DNA of 64,000 nucleotides from Myxococcota bacterium (lineage in GTDB: Bacteria; Myxococcota_A; UBA796; JAJRTE01), in assembly GCA_024278455.1 (NCBI GenBank), contig JAJRTE010000022.1:10539-74538 (forward strand), given 5' to 3'. The notes beneath the pieces were generated by a model. It had not been told where the DNA came from and did no database searches. It was given only the letters and a program-made list of their open reading frames with translations. Shown here piece after piece: positions 10,746-20,246 of this stretch (its first letter is position 1; every line of letters begins with the position of its first letter). The position numbers and the translations under genes are program-made.

Positions 10746-10790
10746 ACTGCAAAACTACCACGTCCTTGGAACGTATCCGTGGGGGCAGAA

Positions 10791-12557
10791 ATGACATCTC
10801 CCCGCCTTCCCATCGCCGGCAGCGCTGCCGGACCCAGGCCCACCTTGTCGCCCGAAACCCTGGCAGCCAAGGAGTTGTGCGGCCTCCTCAGCAAGACAGC
10901 GAAGGCAACTCGGATCTACGCACGCAACAACGACATCTACCTGCGCTTCTGGAAAGAACTCGTCGCCAACATGTCCCGCTACCTCGAGGACTGCGGCCGG
11001 CTCAGCCTCCAGGTGGACTCGACCCGTATCACCATGGACGGCAACATCGTTTACGAACTCGATACTCGTGAAGACAATTTCGCGTTCCGCCTGTACAAGG
11101 ACGGCATTCGACGCCTCGACTTCGTCCAGGGGCTCACCGAGAACGAACTCGAGACGTTCATGGACATCATCACCATCGATTTCGACCGTGGTGACGCCAT
11201 GGATCGCGACGTCGTCAGCCTGATATGGGAAGCGGACTTCAAGCACATCCAGACACTGTCCGTGGACAGTTTTGCCGAGGAGGATCTCTCGGAGGCCGGC
11301 GAAGGCGAGGAAGCCGAGGACATCGACGAAAGAACGCTCATCGAGCAGGAGACCGAGGCCCTGGCGCAGGCGCTGGAGAAAAGCGCCGAACTGAAGCTGC
11401 TGAGACTCGACGCCGAGGAGCGGGAGACGTATCGTGACGTGTCTTCCGGTTCGGCCGCTTTCGAAGAACGTTCGGCGTTGGACGAAGGCGCCATCTTCCA
11501 AATCGACGCTGCCGAACGCGAGCGTATCAGGCAGGAGGTCGAGGGCTCGCGGGAGGACGAAATCCCCATGGAGCGCGTGGCCGAACTGATCTTCGAACTC
11601 TTCCGGCAGGAGACACCGGACGAGTTCGGAGAACTGACCACCGTCCTCCTCGGCGCCATGGACGTGCTGCTGGCCGAAGGTGCCCTGGAGACCGCGAACA
11701 AGATCTTGTTTCCGCTGAAGATGTTGAGTTCGGAGCACTATGCGCGCGCCTTCACGCACCACAAGCAAGTAGAGAAGCTCTTCCACAGGCTCGGTCAGCC
11801 TCAGCGGCTTGAGTATCTGAAGGTTAGCCTGAATGACGGCCGGCTGGAGGGCGGCCCAAGGGCACTCTTCGGTTTCCTGTCCGTGCAGCTTCCTGAAAAC
11901 GTGCCCGGCATCCTCGAATGGATGGAGGGCATCAAGGACGACGAACTGCGGAGGGCCGCGGTCGACGCCCTGATAACCGTTTCGCGCGACAACCTGAAGC
12001 CGTTTCACGATGTCGTCCGGACGGGCAGCGCGCAGCTTTTGGCCGATGTCATACACGGCATGGGGCGGATAGGGGATGTGCACAGCCTCGAGGTGATCCT
12101 GGGTGCTTTCGCCCATAGCGATCCTGTGGTCCGGGAGGAAGTGCTGGTCGCTTTGCGGTCGTTCGAGAGTCCTCGAGCACGCGAGATCATGTTGTCGGCC
12201 TTGAACGACCCTGTGGAGCAGGTACGCATGGCAGCACTCCGTTACGTGGCGGTGCGCCGTGATCGGCTTGCCGGTCAGCTCCTGGTGGAGAAGATCAACG
12301 GCCGAACGTTCAGGAACCGGTCCTTCGCGGAAAAGCGGGCCATATTCATGGCACTTGCGCACATTCGAGGCCGGGAGGCGCTCCCGTTGCTGCGCGCCCA
12401 GCTCAAGCAGCGGAACGCGGAGGTGCGGCGGGCCGTCGTTCACGGACTGGGCGTGGTCGGTGGCGCCGAGGCGCGCCGCATGTTGGAGCCTCTTGCGCGC
12501 GGCAAGGATGCCGAAATGGCTGCCGAGTGCAGGCAACTCTTGGGCAAGATGAGGTAG
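10791..12557 (+). CDS. DUF3391-like N-terminal domain / acidic coiled-coil / C-terminal HEAT (PBS-lyase type) repeat protein
   Basis: 589 aa from ATG 10791 (ORF track 10734); C-terminal repeated ...ALG.IG......L...L.D.......AA.AL... HEAT units; N-terminal domain paralogous to N-terminus of downstream HD-GYP protein. Confidence 0.7.
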   Translation: MTSPRLPIAGSAAGPRPTLSPETLAAKELCGLLSKTAKATRIYARNNDIYLRFWKELVANMSRYLEDCGRLSLQVDSTRITMDGNIVYELDTREDNFAFRLYKDGIRRLDFVQGLTENELETFMDIITIDFDRGDAMDRDVVSLIWEADFKHIQTLSVDSFAEEDLSEAGEGEEAEDIDERTLIEQETEALAQALEKSAELKLLRLDAEERETYRDVSSGSAAFEERSALDEGAIFQIDAAERERIRQEVEGSREDEIPMERVAELIFELFRQETPDEFGELTTVLLGAMDVLLAEGALETANKILFPLKMLSSEHYARAFTHHKQVEKLFHRLGQPQRLEYLKVSLNDGRLEGGPRALFGFLSVQLPENVPGILEWMEGIKDDELRRAAVDALITVSRDNLKPFHDVVRTGSAQLLADVIHGMGRIGDVHSLEVILGAFAHSDPVVREEVLVALRSFESPRAREIMLSALNDPVEQVRMAALRYVAVRRDRLAGQLLVEKINGRTFRNRSFAEKRAIFMALAHIRGREALPLLRAQLKQRNAEVRRAVVHGLGVVGGAEARRMLEPLARGKDAEMAAECRQLLGKMR

Positions 12558-12617
12558 TCCGGACCCCGCGCGAATCGACCCGGCAGCGAGCAGCGCGGAG
12601 GCGCATGAGGTGACAGC

Positions 12618-14135
12618 ATGGGGAGCCGAAAGGCAGGGAATGACGCAGCGACCGAGGCTCCGGAAAGATCCCTTGGCCTGGCCCGGTTTCATGGTGTCAA
12701 CACCAGGCAGCTCAACGTCAAGGGGCGGCAGTTGATCATCCGCTTCGCCCTGCTGCTTCGGACCGCGAGCATCCACGATGTCCACAACGAGGCGCTCCAG
12801 TCCTCGTTGGATTTCTTCCTCCAGGCGGCCAATGACCTGTTGAAGCTGCTCTCGCCGGTCGTGCTGCAGGGGGACCAAGACCAGATCTATATCAACGACT
12901 TCCGGATTCGGGGCGACGCCACGGTCTACAACAACATCAGGCTCCTGGTGGCCGAGTTCAATCGCAGGGGCACCGGAGGTGTCACCTTCCACTCTGAGCT
13001 GACTCGAGTCGATGTCCTGCGTTTCCTGGAGGTCATCAAGGAGCATCAACCGCAGAGCAAGCCGGACAGGGAGGGGTATCGGAAGCTGAACCAGGCACTG
13101 GCATCCGCCGACGTCAAGGCCATCTCCTGCAACCGCCACCTGGAGTTGGGCGCGGCCGGAGAGTTGAGCAGGTACGGCACCTACAACAGGCGCAAGGCAG
13201 CGCTCAAGACCTATGCCAAGATCCTGGTCGCCATGAAGCGCGTGGTGACCAAGGGAGTGGAGTTGAAGCCGGTAGAGCGGCTCAAGCTGGTCAAGAACGT
13301 CCAGACTCTGATCGACCTCTGCTACGACGACGAGCTGTTCTTCAGTGGACTGAACAGCCTCAAGTGCGAGGGGGACTATTCCTATTTCCATCCCGTACAT
13401 GTAGCCATGATCGCCATCCTCATGGGCAAGCACCTCGGCTTCACCAAGAAGGACCTGATGGACCTCGCGCTCGCAGCACTCTACTACGATGTCGGGCGTA
13501 TCAAGCTCGGACCAGTCCGCCTGGAGAAGCCCCAGACCCTGACAGCGGAAGAGTGGGACGCCGTCAGGCGCCATCCCCTTCGCTCGGCCCGCGAGGTCCT
13601 TCGTGGCGGACACCTCAACCGCTCTCTGCGCAGGAGACTTCTCGTCGCGTTCGAGCACCACCAGTGGGTGCATGAGGGAGGATACCCCCAGAGCATCCGG
13701 TTCCGGGAACCCCACATCTTCAGCCGTATCGTCGCCATCGCCGACACCTACGACGCGCTCACCACGAGCCGGCCCCATCGAGACGGGTACTTGCCCACCG
13801 AAGCCCTGCGCATCATGCTGGACGACGCCGGAAAAAAGTACGACCCGACCCTTCTGCGCGTGCTCGTGAACATTTTGCAGGTCTATCCCATGGGCACCAT
13901 GGTCCTGTTGGACACCCGTGAAATCGCAAGCGTGTACCACAACCACAGCGACCCCGAGCTGCACTTGCGCCCGATCGTGCGTATCCTGACCGATGGAAAG
14001 GGACAGCCCATCACGCCAGCCATCGCGGACTTGAGCGAGACCGACGACAGCGGCGACCACCCGCGCAGCATCGTGCGCACGCTGGAGCCTGACGAGGTGA
14101 ACGCCTATGTATCCGGAGATCTTGCCAATCGATGA
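12618..14135 (+). CDS. HD-GYP domain c-di-GMP phosphodiesterase with N-terminal DUF3391-like domain
   Basis: HPVHVAMIAILMGKHLGF ... HHQWVHEGGYP (HD...HH...GYP) motifs; 505 aa. Confidence 0.85.
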   Translation: MGSRKAGNDAATEAPERSLGLARFHGVNTRQLNVKGRQLIIRFALLLRTASIHDVHNEALQSSLDFFLQAANDLLKLLSPVVLQGDQDQIYINDFRIRGDATVYNNIRLLVAEFNRRGTGGVTFHSELTRVDVLRFLEVIKEHQPQSKPDREGYRKLNQALASADVKAISCNRHLELGAAGELSRYGTYNRRKAALKTYAKILVAMKRVVTKGVELKPVERLKLVKNVQTLIDLCYDDELFFSGLNSLKCEGDYSYFHPVHVAMIAILMGKHLGFTKKDLMDLALAALYYDVGRIKLGPVRLEKPQTLTAEEWDAVRRHPLRSAREVLRGGHLNRSLRRRLLVAFEHHQWVHEGGYPQSIRFREPHIFSRIVAIADTYDALTTSRPHRDGYLPTEALRIMLDDAGKKYDPTLLRVLVNILQVYPMGTMVLLDTREIASVYHNHSDPELHLRPIVRILTDGKGQPITPAIADLSETDDSGDHPRSIVRTLEPDEVNAYVSGDLANR

Positions 14136-14156
14136 CAAAACGGGGAGGAGACCGCG

Positions 14157-14972
14157 GTGACGGCGAAGGAAACTCCTCGAGGGACCGAAAAGCGGTGCCC
14201 GGTCTCCATCGTGACCGATTTCGGCACCGCCGACCCCTACGTTGGTATCATGAAGGGGGTCATGCTGACCATCAACTCCCAGGCCGTCCTGGTGGACGTC
14301 AGCCACGACGTATCTCCCGGGGCGATTCGGGAAGGGGCTTTCATCCTTGGCGCTTCGTGGCCGTTTTTCCCGCCCGGAACGGTGCACCTGGCTGTCGTGG
14401 ACCCGGGCGTCGGAACCGGGCGGGCGCCGGTCGTCCTTGCCGCGGGCGGTCACTTCTTCGTCGGTCCGGACAACGGCCTGTTCACCCTTCTCCTGGACGC
14501 CTTTCCCGGCGCCAGCGCCTGGCGTCTCGAGGCCGGCGCCTACAGGTTGCCTCGAGTCAGTGCCACGTTCCACGGCCGGGACCTGTTCGCGCCCGCCGCG
14601 GCCTGGTTGTCCCGCGGTGTGCCGCCGTCTGCATTCGGGTCGCGCATCCCTTCGCTCGTGCGGCTTCCAAGGGCCGTGCCCGAGCCCATTCCCGGGGGCC
14701 TGGAAGGTGCAATCTGCCATGTCGACAGGTTCGGCAACCTCGTCACGAACATCGAAGCGGGTGTCATCTCGAGGGGGCGGTGGACCGTTCGCCTCGCCGG
14801 GGAGACGATGGCCCTGCACCGCACCTATGGCGACGTCGCGTCCGGGCGGTTCCTGGCGCTCATCGGAAGTTTCGGCTACCTCGAGGTATCCGTGAATGGG
14901 GGCTCGGCGGCCGGCAGGCTCGGAGTCGGCGTGGGCGAACGGGTTGTGTTGGCGCAGGAGTCGCAGGACTAG
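14157..14972 (+). CDS. SAM hydroxide adenosyltransferase family protein (DUF62; fluorinase/chlorinase SalL-like fold)
   Basis: VSIVTDFGTADPYVGIMKGV... and C-terminal barrel motifs typical of DUF62; GGGGAGGAG SD 6 nt before GTG. Confidence 0.85.
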   Translation: MTAKETPRGTEKRCPVSIVTDFGTADPYVGIMKGVMLTINSQAVLVDVSHDVSPGAIREGAFILGASWPFFPPGTVHLAVVDPGVGTGRAPVVLAAGGHFFVGPDNGLFTLLLDAFPGASAWRLEAGAYRLPRVSATFHGRDLFAPAAAWLSRGVPPSAFGSRIPSLVRLPRAVPEPIPGGLEGAICHVDRFGNLVTNIEAGVISRGRWTVRLAGETMALHRTYGDVASGRFLALIGSFGYLEVSVNGGSAAGRLGVGVGERVVLAQESQD

Positions 14973-15038
14973 CACCGGCGAGGAGAGACATTGGCGGGTT
15001 CACCATCGGGAGCGCGTTTGAGCGAAGAAGCAACAGGA

Positions 15039-15713
15039 ATGGGTCGAGCGGTCCTGCTCGAGGTGTTCATCCTCTACGTGCTAACGCTACTGGCGATCCG
15101 TGGTGTCGTCTCCGCCCAGGTCAGGCTGGGATTGCCCGACTGGACCTTGCTGGCGATTCCAGCCCTGTTCATCTACGTGCCGGTCTGGTGGCTGGATCGC
15201 AAGAGGATGGACCCCCAGGATTTCGGCCTGGTCTTGGAGGGCGTCTGGCCTGCGGTGCGGCTGAACTTGCTTCTTTTCGTGGCCGTGCTCATGCCTTTCG
15301 CGGTGGGCAACCATTTCTACCAGGGCCTGCTGTTCGGTCGCAGTCCCCACTGGACGTTACCCCGCGACTTCCTGACACAGGTCGTCGCCTATCACGTTCT
15401 CGTCGTCGCGCTGCCCGAGGAATTCTTCTATCGCGGCTACGTGCAGTCCAGGCTGAACCAGGTGTTCGGGAGGCGTTGGCGGATCGCCGGGGTTCATTGC
15501 GGGTGGTCGCTGGTCATCACGGCGATGTTGTTCGCGGCAGGCCACTCCCTGGTCGTGGTTCGCTGGTGGCACTTCTCGATCATTTTTCCCGCCATGCTCT
15601 TCGGGTGGATAAGGGAGCGGACGGGCAATGTCCTTGCGCCGGCGATCTTTCATGCCTTGTGCAACGTGGTCATGATCACGCTGGACACCTGCTATGGCGT
15701 GGTGCCACCATGA
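15039..15713 (+). CDS. CPBP family intramembrane metalloprotease (CAAX protease / Abi-like)
   Basis: Motif 1 EEFFYRGYVQ, motif 2 FAAGH, motif 3 HALCN, multiple TM helices; ORF track opens 14991 (TTG), ATG 15039 chosen. Confidence 0.8.
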   Translation: MGRAVLLEVFILYVLTLLAIRGVVSAQVRLGLPDWTLLAIPALFIYVPVWWLDRKRMDPQDFGLVLEGVWPAVRLNLLLFVAVLMPFAVGNHFYQGLLFGRSPHWTLPRDFLTQVVAYHVLVVALPEEFFYRGYVQSRLNQVFGRRWRIAGVHCGWSLVITAMLFAAGHSLVVVRWWHFSIIFPAMLFGWIRERTGNVLAPAIFHALCNVVMITLDTCYGVVPP

Positions 15714-16384
15714 GCCGTCGCCGAACAGCGAGAAGGTATCTTGCCGCCTTGAGCATGGTCCTGGTTTTCCCGGTCATCGCGGTCACGGCCGCTGTTCTCC
15801 TCGACCGGATCCTGGTGGTGGTCAACGGCCAACCCATCACGCAGAGCAAGGTGGACCTGTTCAGGGACTACCTCGTCGTGACCGGAGCCGCCGGGCTCGG
15901 ATGGCCCCATGATTTCGACGACGCAAGGTCCCTCTCTCCTGACGCCATGCTGGACATCGTCGTCACCGACGAACTCCTGTTCGACAATGCCGGCAACGTC
16001 AATGTCGTGCGCGTATCCGACAGTGCCGTGGAAGACCGGCTGGCCGCCTTCAGGCGGCGGTTCGGCACCGGCGAGGCGTTCCGGGCTTTCGAGGCCAGGC
16101 AGGGATGGAACCTGGAGATGGAGCGTGAGTTCTTCAGCCGCCGGCTCCGGGTGGAGGGTTACATCAAGTTCAAGCTGGGGTTCGAGCCCCCGGACCGGGA
16201 CGAGTTGCACCGCTACTACGACGCTCACCGGCACCGCTACCGCAACAGGCCGTTCGAGGAAGTCCGGGACAGGGTATCGTTCGAGTATTTCCGGGACCGG
16301 TACAAGAAGGATTTCGACCGCTGGATCGTCGATCTCAAGAAGCGCGCCGTTCTGGTCGTACCCGAGCGGCAAATCGCGCGCTGA
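15710..16384 (+). CDS. SurA N-terminal-domain-like periplasmic chaperone-type protein (single N-terminal TM)
   Basis: ATGA overlap with CPBP stop; MSRRRTARRYLAALSMVLVFPVIAV TM then SurA_N-like fold; embedded in long ORF-track frame 14132..16384. Confidence 0.65.
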   Translation: MSRRRTARRYLAALSMVLVFPVIAVTAAVLLDRILVVVNGQPITQSKVDLFRDYLVVTGAAGLGWPHDFDDARSLSPDAMLDIVVTDELLFDNAGNVNVVRVSDSAVEDRLAAFRRRFGTGEAFRAFEARQGWNLEMEREFFSRRLRVEGYIKFKLGFEPPDRDELHRYYDAHRHRYRNRPFEEVRDRVSFEYFRDRYKKDFDRWIVDLKKRAVLVVPERQIAR

Positions 16385-16476
16385 CCGGTTCGAAGCCGGC
16401 GGCTTTCCGGCCGGTTCCCGCAGGTTCCCGGCACGTTTCGGAAATCCCGCCCATGCTTCGCGGCAGGAGACAACGC

Positions 16477-16505
16477 TTGACAACTCCAGCCGGCATGGAT
16501 ACAAT
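16477..16505 (+). promoter_or_regulatory. near-consensus sigma70 promoter TTGACA-17-TACAAT
   Basis: TTGACA 16477-16482, 17-nt spacer, TACAAT 16500-16505; about 260 nt upstream of rimI start. Confidence 0.5.
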
Positions 16506-16765
16506 GGCGACACTGGCCACGGTCCTGGAAGAAGCCACCGCGTACGACGCTGGTGACCCCCTCTGATTTTCCACCGCATGGCATGTCGGCCTGCTCCGCG
16601 CCGAGTCGAGCGTTCCGCCGCCGGGTCGTGTGATGTTGGCGTTTGCCGCGGCGCGCCGGTGCCTGATCCAGGGCGATCCCGGTGGGCGTTCGCAGCCGGA
16701 GCGGAGGGGCTGGATGTCACGGCGGAGAACGAACCGGCACCCGGGCCGCCGCGGACGGAGCGACA

Positions 16766-17251
16766 GTGGAGGCAACAAGCATCCGAGGCCGGGCAGAATG
16801 CCTTGAGACCCAGTGGGTTCGCGCTGCGACGCCGCGCGATATCCTCGCGATTCACCGACTGAGCATAGACTGTCTCGAATCCGATGCCTGGACCCTCGAG
16901 GATTTCATCCGGGAGGCGCGCGAGCCCTATACGCGGCTCCATGTCGTTGACCGCGCGGATGCTGGCATCGTGGCCTACGCGCTGGCGTGGTTGGTGGTGG
17001 ATGAAGCGACGGTCGTGCAGGTCGGAACGCACCCGCGGTGGCGCAGGCGTCGCATTGCCTTTCGCTTGCTCGAGGAGGTCTTGCTCGTCCTGGCGATTGC
17101 AGGCGCCCGCTCCTGCCACCTCGAGGTACGCCGGTCTCGAGCCGGCGTTCGGGCCCTCTACGAGAAGCTCGGCTTCTCGGTCCGAGGGGTGAGGAAGGGC
17201 TACTACCGGGCGCCCGCTGACGACGCCTGCGTGATGTCCATGGCGTTGTAG
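16766..17251 (+). CDS. rimI: ribosomal-protein-alanine N-acetyltransferase (GNAT)
   Basis: GNAT fold with RimI pattern ...VDEATVVQVGTHPRWRRRRIAFRLLEEV...YEKLGF...RKGYY; GTG 16766 has GGAG SD 6 nt upstream; ORF track opens at 16682. Confidence 0.75.
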   Translation: MEATSIRGRAECLETQWVRAATPRDILAIHRLSIDCLESDAWTLEDFIREAREPYTRLHVVDRADAGIVAYALAWLVVDEATVVQVGTHPRWRRRRIAFRLLEEVLLVLAIAGARSCHLEVRRSRAGVRALYEKLGFSVRGVRKGYYRAPADDACVMSMAL

Positions 17252-17279
17252 CCGTTTCGCTGAACGGCGGGCTTTTTTT
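17251..17279 (+). terminator. rho-independent terminator after rimI
   Basis: GCCGTT-tcgctg-AACGGC hairpin followed by gggc and TTTTTTT run immediately after rimI TAG. Confidence 0.7.
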
Positions 17280-17413
17280 CTTGCGGCCCTTCTTCCGCAG
17301 TGGCATCATGGCACGTTGGAAATGGGGGCGGTTCGAACCGGGGCCTTGAGCCCTTTCGTTTTTTGGGGTATCGCCGGGAGAACCCTGGCTGTTCGAGTCT
17401 ACTGCGGTGACCC

Positions 17414-17905
17414 ATGGACCTGGTGAGAATCCAGTCGATCGTGACCCCGAAAGTCGAAGCGCTCGGATACCGCGTCGTGGTCACCGAAATCGCCGGCAGG
17501 CGGCACGCACCGGTGCTGCGGGTGATCATCGAGCACGAAGACGAGGAAGCCAGGATTTCTCTTGACGACTGCGTGCGTGTCAGCCGTGCGCTGGGCGAGG
17601 TGCCGGGCCTCGATGCGCTTTTCCCGGGTTCCTACCACCTGGAAGTCTCGTCTCCCGGCTTGGAGCGACGACTGGTGGGAGAGCGAGACTTTCGCCGGTT
17701 CACGGGCAAGCGGGCGCGTATCTGGCTGGCAGAACCCAGGGAGGGACGACGGCGGTTTACCGGCAAGATCGCGGGCGTGCGAGACCGTGTACTGCAACTC
17801 GACATGGGCGGAACCACGGGATTGATCGTCATCCGGATGGACGAAATTTCGCGAGCGACCTTGAAACCCGAATATGCCGACCTGTTCGCGAATGGACAAG
17901 CCTGA
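17414..17905 (+). CDS. rimP: ribosome maturation factor RimP
   Basis: 163 aa, YHLEVSSPGLERRL signature (DUF150/RimP), classic position upstream of nusA. Confidence 0.9.
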   Translation: MDLVRIQSIVTPKVEALGYRVVVTEIAGRRHAPVLRVIIEHEDEEARISLDDCVRVSRALGEVPGLDALFPGSYHLEVSSPGLERRLVGERDFRRFTGKRARIWLAEPREGRRRFTGKIAGVRDRVLQLDMGGTTGLIVIRMDEISRATLKPEYADLFANGQA

Positions 17906-17993
17906 CATGTCCAGCGTGGCATGACGGGGACTTGCCGTGGTGGGGCGGTAGGCGGCCGTCCGGACGGCGCTTTCAGATTGGAGTGGCAACGAG

Positions 17994-19508
17994 ATGATGT
18001 CGGAACTCGCCCGCGCGATCGACCAGATCGCCAAGGACAAGGGGATCCCGCGGGAGGTGTTGGTGGAAGCGTGCGAGAAGTCCATTCTTGCCGCCGCCAG
18101 GAAGATGCTCGGCCCGAACACCGATATCGAAGCCCAGTACAACGAGGAACTCGGTGAGGTGGAATTGTTCGAGTTCAGGACCGTTGTCGAGGAGATCGAG
18201 GACCACGAGGTGGAGATATCGCTCGAGGAGGCCAGGGAACTCGATCCCGGAGCCGAAGTGGGTGACAGTCTTGGTATCAAGGCCAACCTGGACGATTTCG
18301 GCAGGATTGCCGCTCAAACAGCGAAGCAGGTGTTGCTCCAACACGTTCGGGATGCCGAGAGGGAGTACATCTACAACGAGTACAAGGACCGGAAGGACGA
18401 ACTCATCACCGGTATCGTGCGGCGTTTCGAGAAGGCCTCCTACATCGTCGATCTTGGCAAGGGCGAGGCCCTGCTGCCTCCCAGGGAGCAGGCGCCCACC
18501 GAGTCCTACCGCCCGGGCGACCGTTTGCAGGCCTACGTGCTCGATGTCCTTCGTACCTCGAGGGGTCCCCAGATCATTATCTCGAGGTCCCACCCGAACC
18601 TCATACGGCGCCTTTTCGAGATGGAGGTCCCGGAGATATTCGAAGGCATTGTCCGGATCGAAGGTGTTGCGCGCGAGCCCGGATATCGCGCAAAGATCGC
18701 CGTCGCGTCGCGAGATTCGGACGTGTACCCCGTGGGTGCCTGTGTCGGCATGAAGGGGTCTCGAGTCCAGGCCGTGGTGCAGGAACTGCGTGGCGAGAAG
18801 ATCGACATCATTCCCTGGAGTATCGACCCGGCCAAGTTCGTTTGCAACGCCATTGCTCCCGCCTCGGTCAGCAAGGTCATCATCGACGAGGAGAGCCGCT
18901 CCATGGAGTTGATCGTCCCGGATGACCAGTTGTCGCTCGCGATCGGCAAGCGCGGCCAGAACGTCAGGCTTGCCGCCCAGTTGACGGGATGGCGGATCGA
19001 CATCATCGGCGAGACCAAGATCCAGGAGTTGAACCTCGCCGCTCGAGAGGAACTCAAGGCTATCGAGGGCTTCTCCGAGACGCTGATTGAGATCCTCGTG
19101 CGTCACGGCTACCGCCACATGACCGATGTCGCCGACTCTGATCCCGAAGAACTTGTCGACCTCCTTGGGCTCGAACTCGAGAGGGCCACCCAGATCGTGA
19201 ACAGGGCACGCGAACTCGTCGCTGAACGCGGCACGGCGCCGGACGGCACATTGAAGCCGCCCCCTGAAGAGGCGCCTCCCGGCGACGAAGCGGCACAGGA
19301 TGCTGTCCCGGAGGTGGTCGAACCCGGCGAACCGGCTGTAGCGAGCCCTTCCGTGGGCCTCGAGGAACCAACCGAGGTTGCCGGCAGCGAGCCCGAGCCT
19401 GTCGCCGCGAGCGAGATCGAGGAACGTGGCGGAATATCGAACGCCAGCCCCGGGGTACCGCAGGCAGCGCCCGAAGGAGACGAGGAGAACGCAGACCGAA
19501 CCGAGTAA
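17994..19508 (+). CDS. nusA: transcription termination/antitermination factor NusA
   Basis: 504 aa, N-terminal domain, S1, tandem KH, acidic C-terminal tail; GGAG SD 10 nt upstream. Confidence 0.95.
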   Translation: MMSELARAIDQIAKDKGIPREVLVEACEKSILAAARKMLGPNTDIEAQYNEELGEVELFEFRTVVEEIEDHEVEISLEEARELDPGAEVGDSLGIKANLDDFGRIAAQTAKQVLLQHVRDAEREYIYNEYKDRKDELITGIVRRFEKASYIVDLGKGEALLPPREQAPTESYRPGDRLQAYVLDVLRTSRGPQIIISRSHPNLIRRLFEMEVPEIFEGIVRIEGVAREPGYRAKIAVASRDSDVYPVGACVGMKGSRVQAVVQELRGEKIDIIPWSIDPAKFVCNAIAPASVSKVIIDEESRSMELIVPDDQLSLAIGKRGQNVRLAAQLTGWRIDIIGETKIQELNLAAREELKAIEGFSETLIEILVRHGYRHMTDVADSDPEELVDLLGLELERATQIVNRARELVAERGTAPDGTLKPPPEEAPPGDEAAQDAVPEVVEPGEPAVASPSVGLEEPTEVAGSEPEPVAASEIEERGGISNASPGVPQAAPEGDEENADRTE

Positions 19509-19571
19509 ATCGAGTAAAAGATGAGCCTCGCTCCGGCGAAAAACGGAATGCCACGACGGCGAGGAGACGGC

Positions 19572-20141
19572 ATGCGCCGGTGCCTGGGGTGCGGGTTGTC
19601 GGCCCCCCCGGGCGATCTGATCCGCCTGTCGGCCCCGGCGGGCACACCGCAGGTCGACATCAGGCGGCTCGCCGGGGGCCGCGGAGCGCATGTTTGCTAC
19701 AGCAGGAAGTGCCTCGAGGAGGCATTCAAAAAGCGGCGGTTGAGCAGGGCGTTGAAGGTATCCCACGTGGACGCCACCGCGGGCGACATCACAGCCGCGG
19801 TCGTACACCAGTTGAACCGACTCCTGGCATGCGAACTCGAGCGCGCCGCGAGAATGGGAGCGTTGATCGTCAAGCAGGAACGTGTTCGGATGGCGCTCGA
19901 TGCCGGCTCGGTCCGGCTGCTCCTCACCGCTTCGGACGACCGGGGCGACGCGGACGGGCTGGCCAGGGCCTTGTGGCGGCGTTGCCGCGTGCCGGCATTC
20001 CCGGTTCGACCCGACGCCGTCATCCGCCTGCTCCCGAAAGCGTGGAACGATCACGACGTGGTAGCTGTCCAGAAGCGGCCGTGCACATTGCGCGTCGAAA
20101 AGGTGCTCAGGCACCTTGACGCCATGGGCTGGCTCGACTAA
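19572..20141 (+). CDS. YlxR (DUF448) RNA-binding protein fused to L7Ae/YlxQ-like domain
   Basis: RRCLGCG...GRGAHVC DUF448 motif then GALIVKQERVRMALDAGSVRLLLTASD L7Ae-like segment; GGAGA SD before ATG 19572 (ORF track 19521). Confidence 0.75.
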   Translation: MRRCLGCGLSAPPGDLIRLSAPAGTPQVDIRRLAGGRGAHVCYSRKCLEEAFKKRRLSRALKVSHVDATAGDITAAVVHQLNRLLACELERAARMGALIVKQERVRMALDAGSVRLLLTASDDRGDADGLARALWRRCRVPAFPVRPDAVIRLLPKAWNDHDVVAVQKRPCTLRVEKVLRHLDAMGWLD

Positions 20142-20246
20142 CTTGATTGCACTTGCTCGGTCTGCACAGGAGCCATACTCAGACGAGCCGTGGACGGAAC
20201 TTGCCACGAACGCTGTGGCTCACGGCTTGGAGTTGCTGAAGGAATC

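Noticed and set aside
10755-14975. 1406-aa stop-free ORF on the minus strand, plus similar long antisense ORFs at 560..2173, 1641..2909, 17973..20207, 20946..23243, 26035..26961 and 38185..40101
   Set aside because: Translations are Arg/Pro/Gly-rich and non-protein-like. The opposite strand encodes clear family members (HD-GYP, DUF62, NusA, IF2, DprA, HtpG, GlyA). Long antisense ORFs are expected at this GC content.
14132-16384. 750-aa plus-strand ORF
   Set aside because: This is a frame running through the DUF62 and CPBP genes out of frame. Only its last 224 codons, from ATG 15710, form a plausible SurA-N-like protein.
16503-16565. 20-codon ORF (MATLATVLEEATAYDAGDPL) downstream of the strong promoter
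   Set aside because: Its ATG lies inside the -10 hexamer of that promoter and there is no SD.
17321-17345. GGTTCGAACC motif resembling a tRNA T-loop
   Set aside because: It is part of a perfect palindrome (CGGTTCGAACCG) with no acceptor stem, D-arm or anticodon arm around it. This is not a tRNA.
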